Of a stretch of 64,000 nt of DNA, positions 27,351 through 35,141 are shown piece by piece (positions within the stretch are counted from its first letter, which is position 1; every line of letters starts with the position of its first letter). Where the stretch lies: NCBI GenBank assembly GCA_041657885.1, contig JBBABB010000001.1:1094-65093 (forward strand), given 5' to 3'. Position numbers and translations under genes: made by a program. The notes under the pieces were generated by a model. It saw only the letters and a program-made list of their open reading frames with translations. It did not search any database and was not told the DNA's origin. The DNA is from Minisyncoccota bacterium. Lineage in GTDB: Bacteria; Patescibacteriota; Minisyncoccia; Phycocordibacterales; UBA9973.

Positions 27351-27920
27351 ATGAATGAAATAGAAGTAAAAGCAAAACTAAGAGATAAAGAGAAAGTGCT
27401 AGAATTTATTAAAAATTCTGGGGCAGAATTTTTAGGCAAAAAACACCAAAGAGATATTGTTTTTTGGCCAAACCATATTAGAAAAATAGAAGATGGTACA
27501 AATTTACTCGGTATCAACTATTTGAGAATTAGAAAACAGGAATCAGAAAATGGTAAAAAAGTAATTTTTACTCTCAAACAACCCACAACAAATCAATCAG
27601 ATTGCAAGGAGCACGAAATTGAAATAAAGGAAGAAGATGTAGCCAAATTAGAATCAATTATTCTTGCTTTGGGATTTTATGAATTTTGCGTAACCGAAAA
27701 AGATAGAGAAACTTATAAATTAGGAGAAATTGAAATTTGCATTGATAATGTTGTGGAACTGGGTCAGTATATAGAATTAGAAAAATTTGGAAATGTAGAT
27801 GAGACAGAAAAAATTCAAAAAGAATTAAGCGATGTATTAGAATCATGGGGTGTGGATAAAGAAGATCATACCGAAAATGGTTATGATATATTAGCGTATA
27901 AATTGAAAAATAATTTATGA
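27351..27920 (+). CDS. CYTH-domain triphosphate-tunnel metalloenzyme
   Basis: N-terminal EIEVK(A)KL signature and length (189 aa). Confidence 0.65.
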   Translation: MNEIEVKAKLRDKEKVLEFIKNSGAEFLGKKHQRDIVFWPNHIRKIEDGTNLLGINYLRIRKQESENGKKVIFTLKQPTTNQSDCKEHEIEIKEEDVAKLESIILALGFYEFCVTEKDRETYKLGEIEICIDNVVELGQYIELEKFGNVDETEKIQKELSDVLESWGVDKEDHTENGYDILAYKLKNNL

Positions 27921-28369
27921 AAAGAAAGAATAAAAAAACAATTGTTATATGTTCAAGCGCTTCTTTTTATGAAAAAGTCGCTGAAGTGGAAACTAAACTG
28001 AAAGGTATAGGTTTTAAAGTTAAATCTCCTCTAAATGTATCGAAAATGAAAAAAAGCGGTAATTATAAAGTTGAATCATATAAGACCTGGTATAAAAATC
28101 CAGATGATTACAAAAGAAAAGCCTTTTTAACTCGAAAACATTTTAATGAAGTTATTAAAGGTGATGCAGTGCTTGTACTAAATTATGAAAAGAATGGTAA
28201 GCTTGGATATATAGGAGGTGCGGTTTTAATGGAAATGGGAATCGCTTTTCATTTTAAGAAACCAATTTATATTTTAAATAAAATTGATGAAAGTTCAAAT
28301 TTAAAAGAAGAAATTTATGGTTTTCTACCAACTATTCTAAATGGTGATTTTAATTTAATTAAAAAATAA
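27917..28369 (+). CDS. Nucleoside 2-deoxyribosyltransferase-like protein
   Basis: N-terminal strand IVICSSASF and C-terminal E(M)G(I)A..KPIYIL motif of the NDT family. Confidence 0.45.
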   Translation: MKRKNKKTIVICSSASFYEKVAEVETKLKGIGFKVKSPLNVSKMKKSGNYKVESYKTWYKNPDDYKRKAFLTRKHFNEVIKGDAVLVLNYEKNGKLGYIGGAVLMEMGIAFHFKKPIYILNKIDESSNLKEEIYGFLPTILNGDFNLIKK

Positions 28370-28372
28370 TTT

Positions 28373-28813
28373 ATGAGTAATCACAAAGATGGGATAGCAT
28401 CAAATGGAGAGTTACTTCACTATTCTGTGGGGGCTGTTATTGAAAAAGATGGAAAATATTTGCTAATTGATCGAGTTAATCCACCCTTTGGCTTCGCAGG
28501 GCTTGCTGGTCATGTGGATGAAGGTGAATCGGAAGATGATGCAATCACACGAGAAGTGACAGAAGAATCTGGGTTGAAAGTATTGTCTTATAAACTTCTT
28601 TTTGAAGAAGAAATTCTTTGGAATTATTGTCGTGGTGTTAGCCGTGGGGCTACAGCACATAAATGGCGTTTATATGAATGTGAGGTTGAAGGAGAAGTTA
28701 TTCATAACAAAGAGGAAACTAAATCAATCGGATGGTATAGTATTGATGAAATCAAAAAGATGAATCTTGAGCCAGTTTGGGAGTATTGGTTCGAAAAATT
28801 AAAAATAATTTAA
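28373..28813 (+). CDS. NUDIX hydrolase
   Basis: Nudix box GHVDEGESEDDAITREVTEESGL. Confidence 0.8.
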   Translation: MSNHKDGIASNGELLHYSVGAVIEKDGKYLLIDRVNPPFGFAGLAGHVDEGESEDDAITREVTEESGLKVLSYKLLFEEEILWNYCRGVSRGATAHKWRLYECEVEGEVIHNKEETKSIGWYSIDEIKKMNLEPVWEYWFEKLKII

Positions 28814-28822
28814 ATATAAAAA

Positions 28823-28858
28823 CCTATACATTTTCTGCCATGGCAGAGAATGTATAGG
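28823..28858. repeat. REP-like palindrome, copy 2
   Basis: cctatacattttctgccatggcagagaatgtatagg shares the core CTCTGCCATGGCAGAG with copies 1 and 3 and has compensatory arm changes. Confidence 0.6.
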
Positions 28859-28861
28859 TTT

Positions 28862-29338
28862 TTATTTGTATGGTTTTTCTAATTTGAAAGTTTTAATACA
28901 CTTATCTAATTTAATTTCCTTAATATAATCTTTAAATTCTTTTGGCATAGGAGATGGTCCCACCCAAACACTTTTTTGAATCATAATGTAATTAAATTTT
29001 TTCAAATGCCATCTCAACCATTCCCTATGAGCTTTCTTCTCTGTTGGTACATCAAACATCACCAATAGAGTTTTATCTTTGGAAATATTTTCTGGTCGAT
29101 CGAATTGTTTTAATGAATCAAATTTTCTTTTCACATATTCTTTCCCATATTTTGATAAAACTATTCCCGCCAATTCTTTTTCAATTAAACCTCTTTTCCT
29201 CAATCTACTTATAGTGTTATACATGACATCTTTTTTGTATTTCTTAAAACGGGGGATTCCAAAAAGATTTACCCTAACTCCTTTGTAGTTAAGTTCGGTA
29301 TTCCACAACTCTTCTAATAGTTCACTTACAATAGACAT
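28862..29338 (-). CDS. Small winged-HTH plus Cas2/VapD-like-pattern protein (paralog A)
   Basis: N-terminal YNTISRLRKRGLIEK (wHTH-like) and C-terminal LLVMFDVPTEKKAHREWLRWHLKKFNYIMIQKSVWVG. The ORF at 40491 is a paralog. The gene is bracketed by REP-like palindromes. Confidence 0.35.
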   Translation of the reverse strand: MSIVSELLEELWNTELNYKGVRVNLFGIPRFKKYKKDVMYNTISRLRKRGLIEKELAGIVLSKYGKEYVKRKFDSLKQFDRPENISKDKTLLVMFDVPTEKKAHREWLRWHLKKFNYIMIQKSVWVGPSPMPKEFKDYIKEIKLDKCIKTFKLEKPYK

Positions 29339-29366
29339 ACAATATATATTATATACTCTTGATAAA

Positions 29367-29404
29367 ATCTATACAAACTCTGCCATGGCAGAGATTGTAT
29401 AGAT
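29367..29404. repeat. REP-like palindrome, copy 3, in a divergent promoter region
   Basis: atctatacaaactctgccatggcagagattgtatagat. Confidence 0.6.
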
Positions 29405-29443
29405 TTCTCGAGATTAGATTTTAGTGATATAATTTAACTTAAT

Positions 29444-30145
29444 ATGAAACAAAAATATAAGGGAAAACTAATTGTTATAGATGGGACAGATGGAAGTGGA
29501 AAGGCGACGCAAGTTGCTTATTTAACAAAACATCTTAAAAAGGATGGACATACTGTAAAAATTGTAGATTTTCCCGAATATTATAAAAACTTTTTCGGTA
29601 AGTTTATTGGGCATTGTTTGAGCGAACAATACTATAATTGGCTCAATATACACTCTAAAATCGCTTCTGTGATGTATGCAGCGGACAGGTGGGAATCAAG
29701 TGACGAGATAAGAAAATGGCTTAAAAAGGGCTATATAGTCATTGCCAATAGATATGTTTCAGCCAACCAGATTCATCAAGGTGGTAAAATCAAAAGTGCA
29801 AAAAAACGAGCTAATTTTATGAAATGGCTTAATCAAATGGAATATGAAGTTTTTGGAATTCCAAGACCAGATTTAACATTGTATTTGAGTTTGCCGATAG
29901 ATATTGTTCTCAAGCTTTTGAAGAATCGAGATAGTAGTAAGATGAAAAGAGAATATTTGAAAAAGAAAAAAGATGTTCACGAGAGTGATGTAAATCATCT
30001 AATTAATTCCCGCAAAAGTGCATTAAAGTTAGTTAAAGAAATACCCCATTTTATTAAAATAGAATGTGCCGAAGGTGGCAAAATTTTGTCTCGTGAGGAA
30101 ATTCACGAAATTATTTATCAGAAAGTTAAAAAAATATTAAGATAG
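29444..30145 (+). CDS. tmk: Thymidylate kinase
   Basis: P-loop IVIDGTDGSGKAT, DRY-like motif and LID region. Confidence 0.85.
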   Translation: MKQKYKGKLIVIDGTDGSGKATQVAYLTKHLKKDGHTVKIVDFPEYYKNFFGKFIGHCLSEQYYNWLNIHSKIASVMYAADRWESSDEIRKWLKKGYIVIANRYVSANQIHQGGKIKSAKKRANFMKWLNQMEYEVFGIPRPDLTLYLSLPIDIVLKLLKNRDSSKMKREYLKKKKDVHESDVNHLINSRKSALKLVKEIPHFIKIECAEGGKILSREEIHEIIYQKVKKILR

Positions 30146-30148
30146 TTT

Positions 30149-30763
30149 ATGAAATTTGAAGAAAATGTATTTAAAAACATAAAAGAGACTGTAGAAAAAA
30201 AGGTTGAAAAAGCTGTAGCAAATTATTTTACCGTTGGACAGAACTTGGAGCAAGATTTGACTGACGATGCTTTAAGGGGGGAGATATTCTCTAAACTTGA
30301 AAATGCAACAATAAAAGTGAATACATTAAATGAATTTCGTCTTGCCTTAGAAAAATTAAAAAATCTGCGAATTTTTAAGGATTTTGGGGAAAAACAAATT
30401 AATGAGTTGATTTCTCATGAGAATGCCCACGCTAACAAGGCAGAAGAGTTAGGGGCTGAACATAAGTCTTTCAAAATAGTTATTATAAAAAATAATGAAA
30501 ATGATTATGCTCTGTCAACGACAACGGCAGAAATTTATATTCCTGAAGAATGGGATGCAAAAAAGAAAAGAGAAGTTTTGGTACAAATTTTTAAGGCTCC
30601 AGAAATTTATGGAGGTAGTAATATGTCTTCTTACGATAAGAAAATGTTACTTGAAATTTTATACGAAGAAAGAGAGGCTTTATTGAAAGAAAGAGAAGTT
30701 TTGTTGAAAGAAATTAAAGATAGGCAAAAAGATAATGAAATAATTAAATCAAATGAAAATTAA
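30149..30763 (+). CDS. Hypothetical coiled-coil protein with an HExxH motif (possible small metallopeptidase)
   Basis: LISHENAHANKAEELG has HExxH spacing. There is no further homology, so confidence is low. Confidence 0.3.
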   Translation: MKFEENVFKNIKETVEKKVEKAVANYFTVGQNLEQDLTDDALRGEIFSKLENATIKVNTLNEFRLALEKLKNLRIFKDFGEKQINELISHENAHANKAEELGAEHKSFKIVIIKNNENDYALSTTTAEIYIPEEWDAKKKREVLVQIFKAPEIYGGSNMSSYDKKMLLEILYEEREALLKEREVLLKEIKDRQKDNEIIKSNEN

Positions 30764-31175
30764 AATTAAAAAATTAAAAGAAGGAGCCAAATTGCCGAAA
30801 TATCACCATCCGGGAGATGTGGGGATGGATATGTATGCTATGGAGACAGTTGTGGTTCCACCAGGTGGGCATGTTAGACTCTATCATGGGTTTGCTCTAG
30901 AATTTCCGGATGGATATGCAGCTGTTATAATGGATAAAAGTAGTATTTCTAAAGCAGGATTAACCAAAATGGGTGGAATTTTTGATGCTGGTTTTCGTGG
31001 AGAATATAATACTCATCTTGTTAATCTTTCAGATAAATCTTATACAATAGAAGAAGGAGATAAAGTATCTCAACTTATAATTTTTCCAGTAAGTATAGTA
31101 GAATTAGAAGAGACTGATATTTTGAGTGAATCGGCTAGGGGAATAGATGGTTTTGGTTCAACAGGGAGGAAATAA
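30753..31175 (+). CDS. dut: dUTP diphosphatase
   Basis: dUTPase motifs (DKSSISKAGL; GIFDAGFRGE). Confidence 0.8.
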   Translation: MKIKIKKLKEGAKLPKYHHPGDVGMDMYAMETVVVPPGGHVRLYHGFALEFPDGYAAVIMDKSSISKAGLTKMGGIFDAGFRGEYNTHLVNLSDKSYTIEEGDKVSQLIIFPVSIVELEETDILSESARGIDGFGSTGRK

Positions 31176-31184
31176 ATTCCCCTC

Positions 31185-32975
31185 TTGAGGGGTGGACTCT
31201 GTAATCAGAGGACGGGGTGGAAAATCATTATGAAAGAAAAGATACAAAAATTAATACAAGAGATATTGAAAAAACTCGATATAGATGAGTGTGATTTTTC
31301 AGTTGAACATCCAGATGATTTTAAAAATGGAGATTATTCGACAAATGTGGCGATGGTTTGTGCTAAGCAATTGAAAACTAATTCAAAGGAATTTGCAGAG
31401 AAAATAGTTATAGAATTAAGGGGTTTACCGAAGCAAGGCTTCGGTGGAATTGAAAAAATGGAAGTTGCCGGTCTTGGATTTATAAATTTCTATTTATCAC
31501 GAGAATTTTTTACAGATAGTATCAAAGAGATTTTGGAACAAAAAGAAGATTGGGGAAAGAATAATTTATTAAAAGGGAAGAAAATTATGGTTGAATATAC
31601 AGACCCGAATCCTTTTAAACCCTTTCATATAGGGCATTTAATGGCGAATACAATAGGTGAATCAATATCTCGAATTGTGGAATTCTCTGGCGCAAAAACC
31701 ATAAGAGCGAATTATCAGGGTGATGTAGGTCCCCATGTGGCAAAAGCAATATACGGGCTTATGAAATTTGGAATGCCTGATTTATCGAAGTCTATATCAG
31801 AACAAGCTCAATATATTGGTGAATGTTATTCAAAGGGAAGTAATCTATATGATACAGATGAAAATGCAAAAAAAGAAATAGATGAAATAAATAAAAAAAT
31901 TTACGACAAGACAAATCCCGATATAAATAAAATTTATGATTGGGGGAAAAAGGCAACTCTTGATGCTTTTGAAGAAATTTATAAAATTCTGGGAACAAAA
32001 TTTGATTACTATTTCTTTGAAAGTGAAATGACAATAATAGGTGAAAAAATTGTTAGGGAAAATATTGGAAAAGTTTTTGATGAATCAGATGGCGCAATAA
32101 TATTTCACGGTGAAAACTATGATAAAAAACTTCACACTCGTGTTTTTATAAATTCTCAAGGATTGCCGACTTATGAGACAAAGGAAATTGGTCTCACCGT
32201 TACAAAGTTTGAAAAAGAAAACCCTGATATTTCAATAATAACAACAGCGATAGAGCAAGCTGAATATATGAAAGTTGTCCAGAAAGCAATTTCTATAATG
32301 CATCCAAATCTTGAATCAAGAATGAAACATATTACGCACGGCATGATGCGCCTTTCAACTGGGAAGATGTCTTCAAGAAAAGGTAATGTCATTACCGGTG
32401 AGTCACTTTTACGTGATTCGATGGATGTTGTATATGAAAAAGTCAAAAATCGTGAACTAACAGATGAAGAAAAAAAGAAAATTTCTGAGATTGTTGGAGT
32501 TGCGGCGCTCAAATATTCAATACTTCGTTCATCACTTGGTAGTGATATTGTTTATGATTTTGAAAAATCAATTTCTTTTGATGGAGATTCAGGTCCATAT
32601 TTACAATATACTGCTGTTCGCGCAAATTCTATTTTGTTGAAAGCAGATAGTTTTAAAAAAGTAGGAGTTGGAATTCCAGAAGAAATAACTGAATTAGAAA
32701 AAATATTATATCAATTTCCTGAAGTTGTAGAACAATCATATAATCTTCTTGAACCTCACCACATCGCCACTTATCTCACCCAACTTGCAAGTGCATTTAA
32801 TACTTTCTATGGAAACACAAAAATATTGCCTGCCCGCCCTCACGATGGTTCGGGAGCAAGTGGGGAGAGTGGCAATAAATACATGAGCTATCATCTTGAA
32901 CTCGTAAAAGCGTTTTATCAAACCATGAAGAATGGTCTCTGGCTACTAGGTATTGAAACACCAGAAAAAATGTAA
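31185..32975 (+). CDS. argS: Arginyl-tRNA synthetase
   Basis: HIGH motif (PFHIGHLM) and anticodon-binding DALK-like C-terminus. The likely start is ~31230 (MKEKIQKL). Confidence 0.9.
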   Translation: MRGGLCNQRTGWKIIMKEKIQKLIQEILKKLDIDECDFSVEHPDDFKNGDYSTNVAMVCAKQLKTNSKEFAEKIVIELRGLPKQGFGGIEKMEVAGLGFINFYLSREFFTDSIKEILEQKEDWGKNNLLKGKKIMVEYTDPNPFKPFHIGHLMANTIGESISRIVEFSGAKTIRANYQGDVGPHVAKAIYGLMKFGMPDLSKSISEQAQYIGECYSKGSNLYDTDENAKKEIDEINKKIYDKTNPDINKIYDWGKKATLDAFEEIYKILGTKFDYYFFESEMTIIGEKIVRENIGKVFDESDGAIIFHGENYDKKLHTRVFINSQGLPTYETKEIGLTVTKFEKENPDISIITTAIEQAEYMKVVQKAISIMHPNLESRMKHITHGMMRLSTGKMSSRKGNVITGESLLRDSMDVVYEKVKNRELTDEEKKKISEIVGVAALKYSILRSSLGSDIVYDFEKSISFDGDSGPYLQYTAVRANSILLKADSFKKVGVGIPEEITELEKILYQFPEVVEQSYNLLEPHHIATYLTQLASAFNTFYGNTKILPARPHDGSGASGESGNKYMSYHLELVKAFYQTMKNGLWLLGIETPEKM

Positions 32976-32983
32976 GCTAAAAA

Positions 32984-33011
32984 GTAGTAAGTAGTAAGTA
33001 GTAAGTAGTAT
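32984..33011. repeat. GTAGTAA heptamer tandem array (about 4 copies) abutting the start codon of the next gene
   Basis: gtagtaa gtagtaa gtagtaa gtagtATG. Confidence 0.7.
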
Positions 33012-34746
33012 GGAATATAAATCAGAAAATCGAATATGCCAAAACTGCAAAAATGACTTCACTATTGAGCCAGATGATTTTTTGTTTTATGAAAAAATTA
33101 AAGTTCCCCCGCCTACATTTTGTCCAAATTGTAGACGAATCAGAAGATGGGTGTGGAGGAATGAAAGAACTTACTATAAAAGAAAGTGTAATGTGCCTAA
33201 CCATTCTGAGGAAATTGTCAGTCTTTATAGTCCAGAGCAACCATTTTTTGTGTATGACCAAAAATATTGGTGGTCTGACCAATGGGACCCCTTAGATTAC
33301 GGTGTGGATTATGATTTTTCGGAATCATTTTTTAAACAATTTTCGAAACTACTTAAGAATATTCCATTGATAACTTTATCAAACACCGAGGCTATAAATA
33401 GTGAATATTGCAGTTCTACTGCTTGGAATAAGGATTGTTACTTAATAAGTGCAAGTGGCTGGAACGAAAAAGTTTTATACTCTAATAGACTAGCAAAAAA
33501 TAAAGATTCGATGGATTTATATATAGCTGATAATAACGAATTGTGTTATGAGGATTTATATTGCAATAAATGTTACCAAACTTGTTACTCTAATCAGTGT
33601 GAAGGATGTAGTGATTCAATGTTTTTACACAATTGTCGTAATTGCTCCAATTGTTTTGGATGTACTAATTTAATGGGGCAAGATCATTGTTTTTTCAATA
33701 AGAAATTACCTAAAGAAGAATATAAAAGAAAAATTGCACAGCTTAATCTAGGAAGTTCAAAAGAAATTCAAAAGATAAAAAGAAAATTTTACGAAGAAAT
33801 ATATCTTAATACAATAAATAAATACTCCGACCAAATAAATTGTATCAATTCAACTGGTGACCACTTGCGTAACACAAAAAATTGCCACGAGTGTTATGAT
33901 TTTCCCGGTGATAATAATGAAGATTGTAAATTTGTAGATTGGGGGGGTTTTAAATCAAAAGATATATATGATACTGGGCCAGGTGTCGGCTGGAATACTG
34001 AACTTGTCTATGAGGGGGTAGATAATAACGACGACTCAAATATGATAGGTTGTATCGTCTGTTATAATTCAAATAATTTGTTTTATTGTATGAATTGTCA
34101 TGGTTCTTCAAATTTATTTGCTTGCATAGGGCTTCGTAATAAAAAGTACTGTATTCTTAATAAACAATATACAAAAGAAGAGTACGATGAAATAATTTTA
34201 AAAATAAAAAAACAAATGGAAGAAATTCCTTATATTGATAGAAGAGGAATGATTTATAAATATGGAGAATTTTTTCCATCAGAATTATCGCCATTTGCTT
34301 ACAATGAAACAGTAGCCCAAGAATATAACCCATTAACCAAGGAGCAAGCTCTAGAACAAGGTTACAAATGGAAAGACAAAGAAGAAAGAAACTATCAAAT
34401 AGACATTAAGAACGAAGACATTCCTGATAATATTAAAGATATAACTGATGATATCATCGGTAAAGTCATTGAATGTGGTCATAAAGGAGAATGTAACCAA
34501 CAATGTACCGAAGCCTTCAAGATAATTCCCGAAGAACTTCAATTCTACCAACGGATGAACCTTCCTCTACCTCGTCTCTGTCCTAATTGTCGTCATTATG
34601 AACGACTCTCCCAACGTAATCCTCTTAAACTCTGGCACCGTTCCTGTATGAAAGAGGGATGTAATAATGAATTTGAAACTAGCTACTCACCAGATCGACC
34701 TGAGATAGTATATTGTGAACGTTGTTATCAGAATGAAGTGTATTAA
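33010..34746 (+). CDS. Large cysteine-rich protein with duplicated N- and C-terminal zinc ribbons and internal Cys-rich repeats (unknown function)
   Basis: N-terminal FLFYEKIKVPPPTFCPNCRRIRR resembles C-terminal LQFYQRMNLPLPRLCPNCRHYER. The interior has many Cys clusters. Confidence 0.5.
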   Translation: MEYKSENRICQNCKNDFTIEPDDFLFYEKIKVPPPTFCPNCRRIRRWVWRNERTYYKRKCNVPNHSEEIVSLYSPEQPFFVYDQKYWWSDQWDPLDYGVDYDFSESFFKQFSKLLKNIPLITLSNTEAINSEYCSSTAWNKDCYLISASGWNEKVLYSNRLAKNKDSMDLYIADNNELCYEDLYCNKCYQTCYSNQCEGCSDSMFLHNCRNCSNCFGCTNLMGQDHCFFNKKLPKEEYKRKIAQLNLGSSKEIQKIKRKFYEEIYLNTINKYSDQINCINSTGDHLRNTKNCHECYDFPGDNNEDCKFVDWGGFKSKDIYDTGPGVGWNTELVYEGVDNNDDSNMIGCIVCYNSNNLFYCMNCHGSSNLFACIGLRNKKYCILNKQYTKEEYDEIILKIKKQMEEIPYIDRRGMIYKYGEFFPSELSPFAYNETVAQEYNPLTKEQALEQGYKWKDKEERNYQIDIKNEDIPDNIKDITDDIIGKVIECGHKGECNQQCTEAFKIIPEELQFYQRMNLPLPRLCPNCRHYERLSQRNPLKLWHRSCMKEGCNNEFETSYSPDRPEIVYCERCYQNEVY

Positions 34747-35141
34747 GAATAAGTAGTATGTAGAATGTAGAAAGTAATATTAAAGCAATTAAGAATTAAA
34801 ATGAAAGAAGAAAAAAGGGCTCAGCACATCAATGTTGAGCCCATAACCTTCGAGGGGTAGAGTAAGTGGTGTTTGTTTTTAAACCCCAGAAAGGTTTATT
34901 CCTCGACATCAGTAGACCGTTTTTTACGGCCGTCGGGGTTTGCCTTGGGCAGTGTCTGCAAGGAACAGATTTAATGTTATATATTCCCCAAGGAGATATA
35001 TAGAACAAAAAGATTGCCCTAATAAGGCTGAACTATTATGTTCTGCTCGCATACCGTTAGGCGCATCTCAAAAGGGCAATCTATTTAATATATTACATAA
35101 ACCTATGAAAAAAGCAATATTTCTGTTAAAATCATCCATAT

